The notes: generated by a model not told the origin, from the letters alone. DNA of 63,747 nucleotides, filler included, from Phoronis australis (GCA_002633005.1; 10 parts of 10 records of this genome joined end to end with filler, not necessarily neighbours in it), one strand, 5' to 3'. Positions 11,424 through 25,686 are shown, numbered from the whole stretch's first letter. Numbers and translations: made by a program.

Positions 11424-13149
11424 AAATTAAACCATTTCGACTGATTTTGATTTTATCGAGCACCAGTTTGACAATAACTTTGTAATAGTCAAGCTTTTCA
11501 ACGACAAGTGCCACACCAACGGAATAGTTCATGTCGCCGACCACCTTCTTTTCACCGCTGTGGTCTTCCGCTACTTGAAACCGATATGCGTTTTCACATT
11601 TTACAAGATCCAATAATCAAGCAGTGTTTTAATTTTAATTTTAATTCAAGGACTAGCTCAATACACAATTTAAGAACAACATGACTGTACAATACACCCT
11701 GATAATCCATTTCAATTAGCATTAAGTAGGCAACTTCTTTAAATTTCACGTCACAGCGTCTCATATTTTTTTCTTATTATTCAGCCCCAAGCACATCTTC
11801 AGTTATGCGTTTGTATAAAAAATCGCTCAAACATCCCACTAGCAATCGACCAACTCTTAAACTGAGTGTTCTTGCATCGTGATTGGTATATCTTCAGAAT
11901 TTTGCCTTTAAAGCAACACGTCAATGTTTACCAATTTGTACTTGAAAAGTCCATTTTTACTCATGAAACCTTTTACTCCTGTTCACGACGGCCGACACAG
12001 TGAAATTGGCAGAGCTTGCAGATTTGAAAGTGTTTGTTTTAAAATCAGTATGGACAAGATTGCACGATGTTCTGTAGGCGTTCTGCAACAGATTTGCGTG
12101 CGAACTGAGGGGGTGTCACATACCAATCTTTGGAGTTTCTAACCAAATATATACTCGACACATTACGAGTCACAATCATTTTGCCTAGGCTGAATTTTAT
12201 TGGACATACACAATGAGTGGAATGCAGTTGCAGACAATTTCGTGTTTGACTTCATAAAACGTCAATACTGTATGCACAAATCGGAAGCGTTTGGTGGCGG
12301 AGAATAAGAAAGACGTACAATTCCTTTACCGTGGGCCAACTTGAGCGGTAACATCAAACCTCAGTTTTCCTTCAGATTGGTACAGAATGTGCAACTTGGG
12401 AATCCAGACTGTGATTTATTGAAGAGTTATATAGCGGTTTCAACCAAGGACACCTATGGTCGGTATTTCGCGCCTGAAGAGAGCGCACCCATCACAATGT
12501 TCTTTGTTGCTGAGTTACTGGAAAATCAGTTCTTGATTAAATCTAGGATTGTTAGTTCAAAGACGAATGTCAGTAACGTCTTTTGTGTAGTCATAACTTT
12601 TTAAAAACTTCCACACTAAATTTACATAATATAATGTTTCAATAATATGACTTTGGACGGGTGAGGAAAGCGAAGACATTGTTGAAAAGAGTATTCATAA
12701 AAATGAACTACCGGTAACTTCTTAATAAATTATGAAAACAGCGATAATTTGCATTACTGTAAACAAGAGACACTGCCACCTATATTATGATTGTTATGTT
12801 GCTAAAGAGTCTGCACTGTGAAAAATAGAAATATAACTTAGTTCCTGACAAATAGTCAATGTTACTTAGATCACCTCCTGTCATAGTTGTCAGTGTTAGA
12901 GAAAGAAAAGCTACAACTTGATAACAAGCAGAAAATTTGGGTCTGCTAAAAGAACGAGTGAAATGATTGCAGCAACAGAAGAAACTAACTTACAGCGTTT
13001 TTGTCGACCGAAGATTACGAGTGTCGTAACGCCCAAGCTCCAAAAAAAATTTGAATTTAGTCGACTGCAAACTTAAGAGTGTCGCAAAATAATATACATC
13101 CTGTTTTTTTCTTTAATAGAACGGAAAGTGAGCGATATATTAAAAATTG

Positions 13150-13370
13150 CAGGCGGTCTGATACACGTAGTACCAGGCGGGCGCAGGCCTCGAATGTGAA
13201 CCCATTGCACTGATCACATGGAAATATTTTTATGCTTTATTAATATATGGTTAAAACCGAGCTGAGGAGCTAGCAGACTGGCTCAAGGGTTTAGCAGTGT
13301 GACCTGGTGGGACTTGAACCCACGACCACGAGTAAAGAAAGCAGGCACTTATCAACTAGGCCACACTGCC
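13150..13370 (-). mobile_element. tRNA-derived SINE, copy 1
   Basis: Minus strand GGCAGTG TGGCCTAGTTG ... GGTTCAAGTCCC (A/B boxes); shares GAGCTGAGGAGCTAG and GCACTGATCAC blocks with ~57465-57702. Confidence 0.7.
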
Positions 13371-15587
13371 TCATCGAGCAATATATTACGTGATATGCTA
13401 GTTTTGCCGTGAGTTAAAAACAGGAACACTTTGACTTAGTGCACTGTTGGAAAAATATAAAAATACGACAGTTTGTCAAGAGCAGGATTGTGTGTGCATC
13501 GTACTCTATTGGTAAAGCTAAGTATTGGATTATTTATTTACCGATATACCATACACTATAACCATGTCGTGAACACATCCACTAAAACAAGAAACTGTAG
13601 GAACACCGCATTTATCCACCTTCACTCTTATCAGGCTTCTATTGTGAGTCAGCATGCGTGAATAATTGGCTGATAAGCCACCTCTGGAACTACTTTGGGC
13701 TGAATGGATGACCGGGCCATAAAATGATAATTAGCCAAGACCAGTTACTATAATGCAACAAAGAACAAGTAATAATGTCTTGCATCACATAGCCTTGGTG
13801 GAAAGCTGTATACTGTATTGGCTCAAACAAACGCTTAGAAAAATTCATTTCACGGGGAGGGGACGCTTATTGTAGTGAGCCTACGGCAGTTGAAACCCGG
13901 TTTCCCAAACGGGTAAAATCGGAAGCTAGGATTCATCAAATTTACGCTCTGTGACGTATTTGTAGCCTATGACAGCCTTTCTACAAAATTGTGGTGCATT
14001 GCTATCAACTTCCGTTGTTAAATTACGATAATTTTTCAAAAAATTGTGCTCATCACAGGGCGAAAACTTGCCGACTGATGCGTCGCTGAATCGCGATCGT
14101 CAATAGGAAAACTTGTACTCTTGAATAAAAATATAGTTTCGACTCAACAAATTACCTGAAATCTTCCTGATGTTTTACAATTTTTAAAGTTCCTGTGGAG
14201 TCCAGATTAATTGCGATTAAGTCCAAATGTGCGCTACATCGTACTCCACAACACGAGAAAAATCTCTGGATGAACACACATGTTGTTGTCACGTGACGTT
14301 TGTTTTGAAGGTCGTCTGCGTATGAGAGTGAGTGAGCGTGCGTGTGCGGGTCATCGACGATAGACTTTTTTGTTACAAAAGGCGGAGGATTATGCAAGAA
14401 AATGGCGTTTACTAGATTGTTTTTCACTTAAACGGCTGTAACGTGCAAGGTGAGTGCGCTCGCAGAGTCACATCTCGGAAGTTTCCGGTTTGACGGATGA
14501 CAAAGAACGATCTCAATGAAATTACACAAAGTCGTTTTAGAGCTTGTAATAGCTATACAAAACGTATTTTGAGTATTAAAATGCATTTTTTCCAAAACCT
14601 AAATAACACACGGAGTAGTTCTACATTTATACAATCCTAACTTGGGTCCTATATTTTTGTATTCGTGCGCGCCGAATGAAAGTAATCGTGAGTGTTTCTG
14701 TGTTGCAAAATCTCTTATCCTGGGCCGATTTGAAAAATTCAAAGTTGTATTCGTATTTGTTTTCGCTCCTCTTTTCAAATATTACAGTAAAAACTACGTA
14801 AAATTCTCTCCATAAAAAGTACAGTTGTTAGGCTAGACTGTAATCAGCTGATCATATCCGCATGAGCGAAGTCAATTATCCTCGCTCGTGACTCGATGAA
14901 TAGAGCAGCTTGGCGGCATCCCTTTGAGCATGAGCCGAGCGCGTCTCAGCCAAGGTGGATAAATACGGTCTAGTTCAATTTTCCATACCCCGCCGTTTAC
15001 CTTAAACACCGGGGTTAGAACCAATTTTATTTAGTGGGAATGTTCATAGCATGACTATAAATACTTAAAAAACTAGAATACACTAAAGTGGCGTGGACTG
15101 AACACGTGATGCAAAAGCACGTTGTTTTCCCAGTTTATGAATGATAGTTCACGAGTGCTTGACGTACCAAGTTGTGTTCGACACCTACTTTGTATTTTAC
15201 GCAGCGCAACCTACTTTACCTGTATGATTGTGACATTTTTATTCAGATTTGTCATTTGCATTATTTACGTTGAGAGTGAGGCAAGATACTGTTAAGCTCA
15301 TCAAGATGTCTAACAGCTTGTACTCAGATATATCCGCCTAAGTCTGAAGAAAAACAAAATGATAAAAATGATCAAAGGCGCATTCACCATGACCAACTAA
15401 ATTCGCCGAATCAACTGCAACTGAGCAAACGAAATAGTCTGTTATTCCCTTGCGAGTTTGTAAAAACCTAGGAAAGCGGGAATTCCACTCCTTGATTTTG
15501 TTTCTCGTTTTATCGCTCTAAAATTAACCGTTTTGGCTCTACTAAAGTGATGTTTTTTGAACATGGGTAATAAATATATAATCCTAT

Positions 15588-15975
15588 AAATTCCATGTTT
15601 ACAAGTAATGGCAACCTCGCCGACACATGAACACTATCGAGACTCACATAGCGCCATCTTTTGTTTAAACAACCCAATTAGGGCATCAACCTGAACTCTT
15701 GAAACATAAAAAATACCATCTCGGTGATTTATTTGTCAATTTCAAGGTTTTTAGTGAAGCTGAACACAATACACAATAGCACCATTTCAATTCCTGGTTG
15801 AACTGATCGTGTAAATTCCATGTTTACAAGTACATGTAAAGTCAGCATCACCGACACATGAACACCATCGAGACTCACATACCGCTATCTTTTGTTTAAA
15901 CAACGAGGCAGAAATAAGGGCATCAACCTGAACTTTTGTAACATAAAAATTACCATTTCGGTGATATATTTGTTA
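15588..15975. repeat. ~225-bp tandem duplication; second copy cut by the LINE fragment
   Basis: AAATTCCATGTTTACAAGTA...CCGACACATGAACAC.ATCGAGACTCACATA...GGGCATCAACCTGAAC at ~15588 and ~15813. Confidence 0.8.
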
Positions 15976-15979
15976 ATTA

Positions 15980-16700
15980 ATAGAGCTGCTCAACTTGCTC
16001 AACAATATAATACTGAGCTACATGTATGCAATCTGCCAATTACCCTCTTTTCAGATAGCCAGGCAGCAATAGAAGCCCTAAAGAAACTAAGGGTCAACTC
16101 TCGTTATGTTAATGCTTGTATTCGTGAGCTTAACAAGCTTGCAATTGAAAGAATCGTCAATATACGCTGGGTCGGGGCCCATTTGGGAATTGATGGCAAT
16201 GAGAATGCAGACAGACTCGCAATAATAGGAGCAAGCGTTCTGCATTTTGTGCCTGAACCTGCTATCCCGGTATCTTACGGAAGTTGCAGGATGAGTATAC
16301 GCAATATTGGGTACATACACAGTCAGCAGCTCAGTGGGCGTCACTTAACTCCTGCAGAGAGACCAAGGATAATTTTCCCAACGTGATCGAACCAAAAGGT
16401 TCAAAAAAACCTCCTGAGTCTAGACAGATTGGGTGTAAGACACGTCATTCAAAATTTGACGGGCCACTGTTACCTAGCCGGACACAGACACATTACTGGG
16501 CATATGGGGAGCCCAGTGTGTCCCGAGGGTGGTACTGACGTAGAATTTCCTAAACACCAGGTAGAATCTTACCCAGCTTTTTATAGGCTAAGGAGACAAC
16601 CTACTGTATGGCACTGTTACATGCCTACAACATATAGTGCATGGCAATAAATGGAAACGTTTGTCCGTTTTCCTAAAGGAGACTGGTAGATTTGAAAACC
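15980..16700 (+). mobile_element. 5'-truncated non-LTR retrotransposon remnant: RNase H plus degenerate C-terminal Zn knuckle (LOA/I-group-like)
   Basis: ITLFSDSQAAIEAL, IRWVGAHLGIDGNENADRLA, PEPAIPVS; after frameshifts, LTGHC.L..H, SPVCPEGG...E.PKH and LKETGRF. Confidence 0.85.
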
Positions 16701-17739
16701 TCTTCACGAAGAGCCAAAATTGGGCTCTCGTGCTTTTGCTCAGGTGTTTTGTGCAATGGATCCAACCATGACGCCTGCGCACATCTGATGAACCGCAAGT
16801 TACATCAGGCCACTTGCAGTTTTTTTAGCTAAAATCGATCCAGAGTCACGTGTTCTCACTTAAAATACACGGTCATATCTCATGTAATCTCACTAAGTCG
16901 TGCCTTTTAGCGAAGACACAGCAGTAATGAACAGGATGCCGGTTTTCGATAGACAGATGAAATTTGTCATTTCCTATACCATTATTGGCATATGGATGGC
17001 GCTGCCTACGCGTAAAGAAGAGTGAAAACTGTTGTTGGAATTTTCTGTAAAATATTATTAGTGCTTAAGACGATCAATTCAAATCTCCTCAATAGAAGCA
17101 GGACTGGAGATTCCGTAGGTGTGAAAAAATTAGTGAGTGCTTGGGTAAAAGTATTTATTTTAGTATATTCCCCTTGTGCTCAAACGGCGATCGACAGTTG
17201 CGCCCAATGAAGTCAAGTGGTCTTCGTTGAGCGGAGTGGTCCGCCATCTTGTTGATGAACCTTGTTAGTGGAGATGAGTGTGTACTGAGTAGTATCAAGG
17301 AACCAGTATTGGTAACAACACGAGATTTCAAGTACATATCAAGCTCATAGCTTATATGTTAGAAACATCAAGTTAACAATGCGAACGCCTTCTTAAAACT
17401 CTAGTTCAGCGGCCTATCATATTGCTTTACGGCATACTAGTCTGTAACACAAAATTTTGAACTATGAGACCATGTTGTTTCAAAGTGTACAAATTACCAG
17501 TTCGCCACGCTAATATGATTTAGGTACTAGTGCAAGTAATACCAGGAAGTGGTTATCTGTTCCTGATAATACTAGATGTAATTATTATTCTTTGGTATAA
17601 CGTGAAGTAGACAATTCAAATCACCTTTCGGGAAATAAGGTCTCTGCAAATGCATACGTCGACCTCCGGCTTCGGCCGCCCAAGCACTGGTGTTCACAGG
17701 CACACGCGGGTAACCGATGTATTAAGTATCATTCTACGG

Positions 17740-20700
17740 ATCCACCGACCACTGTACAGCCAACAAGCGGCAAGGTGGGGGGTCAGCCATTCAGATCCAT
17801 GTTTAGCCTGATAAATCACATTAGAGATGAGAGAAATTGGGTGAAGTATGACGCCACAAAGTTTGGTGGTTTAGGAGATACAAGGGAAGTGTTCTTGGGG
17901 GCAAAATGAGGCAATTTCTTGGTGTGGAACGAGTCATTTTTGACCAAATTTTCTACTCCAGTTTCTGCTTCAAACAGAATCGTTTCTGAACAATTTTGAT
18001 ATCACATGATAGGTTCATGACCAATGTCAGTAAAAACGGCACCGACACTGCAATATCGGTTACCATGGTAACACTGGAACTGTTTCCGTGGAGGTACATT
18101 TCCTTCTTGTGAAAAACCAGCAGTAAGTTGTACCCTTATAGCGAAGCTGCCCCCGCGAGAAAACTAAAAATAATAACATGGACATGTAGAAGACTCCATG
18201 CCCTTGAAATTAATACAATAAAAACTTTGTCAGCCCTTCAGGCAGGCTTGGTAATAGGTGTCTGAATTTCACTATTTTCAGACCGCGTATGTGTATTTGT
18301 CATGTTAAACCAGTCACTAGTTGTGCGCCGTTTCTACGCATTAATATGCCGTGGTATAATACAACAATTAAAACAATTGGTTTGCTTAAATGTTTTTAAT
18401 TAATTTTAAGGACACTAGCATTTCCCAATAAAACATAAATTATACTAAATTTGTTCATCCAATTCGTCTGAATACCAAACTAAAGCTTACAATGCGTTAG
18501 TTGAATGATGGCTGACCTAAAGTGCGGGTTTGCGAATTTATCTATTTATCTGGCACTGCCAGTCGCATCAAATGTGGTATTTCTACAAATTGCGGAGAGA
18601 AACAACTTTGGAAACTCTAGGGAAATGCACAAGGTATAGAGCGAGACATTTGAGCACCTTATAAGAGTACGTGGAGCTGATGTGGAGGTGGAACGTGTCC
18701 TCCTGAGTAGTCTGTCTCAGTCAGACTCTCAGTGTCTGCCTCGGAGGCACTGTGTGCAGCAGGAGCTACATAATCTACCGTATTAGGTTCACTTGCCCGA
18801 ATCATCGTTACAACACTCGAGATATATTGGCGTCGCCAAAGACACTTAGAACATCCACTGCACACTAGAGGAGAAATCTGATAGAGGTCTGAAAAATGAC
18901 CAAAGACGTTAAGTCAAGGTTCAACGTCCTGCTTCGTGTGAGCTCAGGTAGGAATCACTAAACTCCAGGGTCTGACCCTGAGGAATATTTTTAGAAGCAC
19001 GTCATTCATGCAAAAATACTTTTATTGACACACCGTGATTGCTTATAACTTGGGCCTTATTGCTTAATCATATCTTATTCAAATGTGTTGATGTTTATGC
19101 AACTACATGTATACATTGGCATAGAAAATAGGTAGTCATCATAACTTTTCATAACAACCACCAAATGTGAAACATGACTTCTGCCCATGAACTACTTTTA
19201 GAGACTAGGGAGTATGTTTTGTCTACCAATGATTTTCTGCAATTATGAAGTTAATTAAACATGCTAAAGCCGTAAAAAATATTGGTGCCTTCACTTTAGC
19301 TTGGTATTCATATTTTGTGAGCCGAAATGGCCACATTAAATTTAATATGTTTAATTTTTCATTAATACAATTTTAGGAATCAGGAAAGGCTTATGCTGAA
19401 GAAGTGGCTTCTGCTGAAGTTGGAGACTTGCCGATTATTAGTAAAGGTTGGGTATGGAAAAGTTCACAACCAGCAAGAAGGTACCCTTCTGGACAACTAA
19501 GTGAGGGGGCTAGAGAGAGGCCGAAAAGTCTACTCCCAGAAGATATGTCAAAGAGAATTTGTAGCTTGAGGAACGAGTTGGGGAAAAAGCATTTGCCAAA
19601 GATTACTGGCTTATACCACAACAGGTCCAAAGTAATTTGTTGAGATAGGCCACTTTCAGCAAATGTGGGGAAACTGGGACAGAGGAAGTGGAGTATGCAT
19701 AGAAAGAGGCAATCTGCGATTGTCAAGGATGTAGCATTGTAAAAATTCAAAGGGAGGAAACAGTACAGTGGCTGGACCTGTAAATACTCTGGCTGATCTG
19801 CTAAATCCAGTGGGGGCATTATTGTATCAGCACAGCTGTGTAGGGAAGTAGGCTTGTGTGTTGTCGCAAGCTTTGTTTGCACCAGAACTGCTTGTGTGAA
19901 CAGCACAAATCTAAAATTTACCTAGTCTAAGACTGAATTTTTGTCCAGGCACGGATTATGATCCTGGGCCACATGGTAATGGTACATTGTTCATTTTGTT
20001 TAGCCACTGGATTTTTTGGTCTGACAGGATTTCTCAGTGTCGCCATCACATTTAGATGATTTCTGACCACTGTACTATTCCTTTTCCTTGAAGATGCGTA
20101 ATTGATCTGAATTTATGTTTCCACATTTTATTTACCATTATCGATTTTTGTTTGTAAATGGGTATATATTACTGAAATTTGAGACCCTGTTGCAGTTAGG
20201 CTGGTTTTGTTAACTTATCTTTCTGCCTGGGTTGTAAACCCATATTCTGTCCAGGAGGTAATAAGTTTTGATTTAGACCATTTACCTCTATAAACTTTGC
20301 TCAGTTTGTTCCTTATCCAGATGGGAAGTGATTTCTGGAATTGTAGCGAATTGACAGTTTGCTATACCTTGAGACCATGCTGTGTGTATAAAATCGCACA
20401 CTATTAGTCTGGTCTTTAACAATTGCATATTGCCAGATCTTTCAAAGTTCTGAAATTGCTCAAAAGTGACCTGGAAGTAATACCTATTTCGTGATGGTAA
20501 AATATCTAAATCAAAAGTTGTTTTATGTGATTTTAGGCGAGTTTATGTCCACTTCAAATGATTTTTTGTTGCAGTACTGAAAAGTATTGGCACATTAGCT
20601 CTGGTGGCTCCTTGTTTTTTTGGCGAATTGACCATTTTATGGTTCCCATGGGTAATTTTGTTACTGGTCTAGTATGTATGTACAACTGTAATCGTAGGGC

Positions 20701-22756
20701 AATTGTAATGCAAACCATGTTGCAAAAGTATTTTTTCATGACCATTTCATTGTAAAATGCTGCCTAATTGGAACCGACAAGCCAATTTTTCATTTTGTGG
20801 TGGTTAGTTTTGATAAGAACATTGATGTGGTAAATACAGCTACCTCAAGTTTGTGAAGAAGAGATTTCCAGTGTTGTCAGCGATATTGCGAAATCACTTT
20901 TTCGCAGTGAGACTACATCACCTTAAATGTAATTCCCTGACTTTATGAGCTTTGTGTGGTTGACTCTGTCCTGTAGCAATTAGAGTGTTGAAAAGATCTA
21001 GAAGGCAATTTTTTATTAGAGTCATAACATTTGCACTTTTGACTGTACAGTTATCTTTGCATTGTATTACGAAAACATATTTTGTAGTACACAAGTCTCT
21101 GGTTGGTATTTTATATTTTTTCACAAGGAATATTTTCAGCTTAGATGAGTTGTCTGTGAGGTAGGCAATTTTCAAATAAGATAATGAATGAAATTGTCAA
21201 ACATTGTTTTATTCTTTAGATGTGTGATCTTCCAATAAGTGATTACTTTTAAAAAACCTGTGCAGAATTTGATTTTTACTCTTCATTTGAAGGAGAATAA
21301 ATCCATAAACCTGCATTGTCTAGAAATTTTACTCAAACTACATATTACAGGGTTGGGGATTGGAATCTTAATACAACAGAGTCTGAACCCGTACCATGAG
21401 CAATACAACACAATACACGGATATAAAAATTTGGTGTTTAGGTTCCACGGAAAGGATTCGTGTGCGCGGTAATAGTTACTAAGGTGCGTGGTCATTGTTT
21501 GTGGATACTTTGGGATTCCTCTTCTGTGGTCATCCACGGGAAACCTGGTCGCATAGAGAACAATAGATTAGCATCTTCATTGTTTCCGTTGTTATAATAA
21601 AGATATAATGACGAGCACTTATCGGCAACGGTCTGATGTACGCAAGGTTCTATATCCATGCGACCTGTGTTGTTACATCCAACAATGACACAACAAAGGA
21701 AAACAATGATAGGACCGATGGGCTAAAAACATGCGACGAGTTGCCATGGACAGTGGTGGAGTTTGTCTTGTCATTCGAATGTTTTTACAGAACTGCAAAC
21801 CCGGTATTTCGTCAGGAAAATTTCTGCGGTCTTTTGTTTTAAGTCGTGGGAAAAATTGCGGTCATGCAACCAAACTTATCCTTCATTTGATATTACAATG
21901 CATTGCATGAACATTTGATCAACAGAAAATCTGACTTGAATATGTGTGAAGAAATACCCATGAGGAAATTGCAAAGTAAAACAACTGTAAATCAAAATAA
22001 CCTACATTTGTCGAGTTCATGTCTAACCCTGTTCACTGTTGAGGACATAATCGGCTTTTTACAAAATGGAGCCATGTATGGTATTTAGGGGTACTATAGC
22101 CTTAAGTGATCAGTAGTAAAACGTTCAAAACATTCAGGAGGAACTAACTGGTTGCAAAATATCGAAAAACATGAAGGACAATCGGATTTTACGGTGCTCA
22201 CGCATCGATCTGATATATGAATATTTCTCATTTTAGTACATTTGAGGTGCCAAAATGTATAACTAATAAACTGGCTGACAAAGTTTTTATTTTATGCAAT
22301 GAAAGTAACATGTTTTGTCAACATTTTGGCTAAGATTCATTCTCATAACAGTGGGGGAGATTTGGTACAGCAGTGTACTGAACACAGCCTCAAAATGGCA
22401 TAACGGGGGGCAGTGTAGTAAAACTACTAATTGAGGGTGGTAAATCGGAATCGTGTTTCAAAAGACATCTGCGTAACAATCTATAGGCTCCACTAAACAA
22501 TGCCAAGTGAATACTAAATCATTAGCTTTCATTCAAGGAAAAATATGAACAGTTAAAACTGGACATTTTTTATACCGTGAAAACATGGCTGCGAAGCCGT
22601 AAAACGTGTTTGAACCTATAACTTTAGAAAAACGCAATATTTTGAGGAAATATTTTACCGCTGTTTATAGATCCCATAGGACTACATATGTGCCTAATTT
22701 GGTGAAAATCGGCTGACCCCCACCTTGCCGCTCATGGTTGGTGCTCTCGTGGACTA
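17740..22756 (+). mobile_element. ~5-kb DNA-transposon-like element with short TIRs and an internally deleted, decayed transposase
   Basis: AGCGGCAAGGTGGGGGGTCAGCC (17766-17788) is inverted to GGCTGACCCCCACCTTGCCGCT (22711-22732). + strand relics: TCPNHRY..IYWRR...HPLH (18791-18863) and KGWVWK...PEDMSKRICSLRNELGKK/FAKDYWLIPQQVQS (19443-19644). Confidence 0.6.
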
Positions 22757-24067
22757 GTACTTAACTACTTGTAAAGTACGATTTCACCAAATCCAGGAAA
22801 ACCAAGATGTCAAAATTAATAATTTTGGAAAAAATGATTGAAATGTGTATTGGACACGGTATCCATATTGTTAATGGTAGATCGAAATCTGATCCTGGAA
22901 TTTTTACGTTTGTTTCGACCTTATCGAATTTGTAGCACCATTGATTATGTTCTTACCGAGATGTCACTGTTCGAGTACATTCAAGACTTTAAAGTAATGA
23001 AATGTGATTTATCGTTGTTTTTTCAATCATTTTGTACCCTAAGTAGGCCTACCCATGTGAAATTACGTCATAAATATGCTGACGATCCTGATATCGCTTT
23101 ACAAAAACGAGCGAAGTATAGATGGCATAGTGAGAAAGCACATGCATGGTTAGAAAATAGAAAAAATAGAAATTCGGGAACCAAGCGATAAGTGCCGAGA
23201 AATTGTAAGAAGTGTTGATATCGACATAAATGAGAGTGTAAAAAGGTTAATAGACTTGCTTCAGTCAAGTAGAATGGCTATGATCGTGAAGCGAGACACG
23301 TATGTGAATAAACCATATAGACTCGTTTGGCAAGTTTGTGGCAGTCAACATGTCTCAGCATGTTTTAAATCTAGTCTCGATTTCGTTTCATGAACTCGGC
23401 TTATAATTTCCGTAAAACCATACTGTGCACATCTGGGTATAAGGTCCGCTACTAGCAACATTACCCCCACTGACTCAAATAACTCACTTTTTTCGTCATC
23501 ATATTGCTTTTTCCTCATTTTCTGTAATCATTCCTACTAACAAGATCATTTCCCAGACCAATTGTATGTCACTCTGGGGCATCCTAAATTTTCACAATGA
23601 CTTCTTTCATACTTTTCATCTCGTTACAATCACAATTAAACTTGCCAGGGTGTTTGTAAATAACAGTTTTTGGCAACAAAAAACAAAAACATGTCTTACA
23701 CGGTCGGGGCGGAACCCCCTCCACACCTCCCTTCGCGCTAACCCTGTGCCACCTTATTGAAAACGCAGATCTGCCACTGCCCGGTTGCCCAATCCGCGTG
23801 TATTTATATGGGGATTTCTTATAGTGTTGTGTTTTGATAAGCAACAAACTGTTGTCATCTGATTTACATGTCAACACCAATATCCATTTATTTCAGGTGA
23901 TATAGCTACCGGTCAGCATCGTCAGGCATGGCAATTGTGTACATGTACAAATATGCATGTGTTTTACATTTTGAGAATTGATTTTAGCATTTCCTGAAAT
24001 ATTAACAAAACTGAAACTGGTTTCTTAACTTATGTAATGTATAGTGCTTTGATTTAAGCATATCAAC

Positions 24068-24309
24068 ACCACCACGAGATACATTAGTACATCGTAAACA
24101 ATATTTGTACATTTGTATTGGTATTGGTCTGCACCATCATGCGATACATTACGTCATCATTAACAATATGTATACATAGATACTGGCCTGTACCATTATG
24201 AGATACAATATGTCATCATTAACAATCTGCATACATTGGTACTGAACTGCACCATAATGAGATACATTACTGCATAAGTAACCATCTGTATACATTGATA
24301 CTGATCTAC
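24068..24309. repeat. ~59-bp diverged minisatellite, 4 copies
   Basis: Unit CACCAT.ATGAGATACATTA..TCATCATTAACAAT.TGTATACATTG.TACTG..CTG. Confidence 0.8.
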
Positions 24310-24599
24310 TTCAAACGTTCTCCGATCCAAACACGCACGCACACAAGCACACACTTCGTTCACTACCCCCATCGTAAATTTACACAATCCCAAAGCCTAT
24401 GGAGCACGACACGTTTTTGATGTTTAAACCTCGGTTATTTCAGCGAGTTATTGCACAGCCTAACTTGCTTTGGCGTATCTATTTTGTGGAAAAAAATTCT
24501 CGTGGGCATCACCCCCATCGAATGCAGAGGAACTTTAACGTAAACACAGAGGAACTGCAGTTGTAGTACATGCTACGCATACAGCCACTGTTGGCACAA

Positions 24600-24944
24600 C
24601 TAACTTGGTCTAACATCACCAAAAATATCTTTGCACAATGCTGGGTGTTTATCAGAGAGAAAGTCATAAACTGCCTCTATTCTAACACCTTGCTCAACAG
24701 AACGAGCCTTGATCTGCTCTTCGGACACATAATGACTCGGGGGCAATTCCGGAAATCCACGTGTTTGTATCACAGCCACACACGCATTCTTTTGGTCATC
24801 AGGTACAAAACCAGGACTTCCTGAACTGCCTTTGCCAAATTTTGAACTTGTTCTGTAAAGTGTTCGCCGTGGGTCGTCTATTCCTGGGAAGGCCTCAAAC
24901 CCTGGAGGAAAGTTTTTACGAGCCCACATTTTGAGGTCAGTAAT
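24600..24944 (-). CDS. FAM111: FAM111-like trypsin-fold serine protease, exon with catalytic Ser (FGKGSSGSPGF), probably last
   Basis: Acceptor TTTCAG|ATT (phase 0) matches the upstream donor; GSSGSP motif, RSVEQGVRIEAV and terminal LCKDIFG resemble FAM111-type C-termini; stop TAG at 24600. Confidence 0.75.
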   Translation of the reverse strand: MTDLKMWARKNFPPGFEAFPGIDDPRRTLYRTSSKFGKGSSGSPGFVPDDQKNACVAVIQTRGFPELPPSHYVSEEQIKARSVEQGVRIEAVYDFLSDKHPALCKDIFGDVRPS

Positions 24945-25686
24945 CTGAAATGTGTTAACTAATGTTAGCAAGTTTAGTCACCACTGCAAAGAACCCAGAA
25001 ATCTGTGAGTGAACCTCAGCTATTGTATGCTGTTGAGAAATCACTACATTTAAACTTTTTTCCTTACATAGACTTTTGATAATCTGGTAAGATATTTCGA
25101 TTTTTAGTTTCTCTTCAAGCAGTGTCAATAAAAACTTATAACCTACACGTAATTTAAAACCACGAAGCAAAAGTTTTCATTATAAACACTTCAACGCTGA
25201 AGATTTTATTCCAAATCCCCGAACAAATATCTGTTTCTTGTGGCATTCATAATCTAAACAGATAGAAAAGAGCAAAGTACAAAACGCGTCACGAGGGGTA
25301 GGGTGTCATCTGGCGACAATCACAGAAACTATCTACGCCGAGGTATGGGAAAAGCGGCCGATAATAATTAAAGAATAAGAATCTTTATCGATTTAACTGT
25401 TCTCGATAGTGTACAAAAAATAAATGAACATCAACCAAGCTTAAGCTATTCTTCAAACCTTCACTGATTATTGCGCATATTCTTCGCAAGAAATGTGATG
25501 TCTGACCATACAATTTTACTATTTAAAAATATGTGCAGCATTCAACTATGAACAAGAACACCCGGATGTAGCCATTTTTAAAAGGTTTCACAACTACATA
25601 CATTTGGAGACTGTGATAAGCTAACGAAGCAAGGATGCAGGGACAGCTAAACATTACTACTTGACGTGAATTTATGTTATCTTTAC

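Noticed and set aside
18659-18888. Minus-strand candidate last exon for the FAM111-like gene
   Set aside because: The acceptor and frame are plausible, but the + strand here carries transposase-like motifs inside a TIR element, and the protease exon already has a stop.
19391-19906. 171-aa minus-strand ORF
   Set aside because: Antisense shadow of the + strand transposase relic; no motif.
24955-25170. GFKLRVGYKFLLT as the missing protease His-region exon
   Set aside because: It lies between the Asp and Ser exons (wrong order) and has no catalytic His at the expected position.
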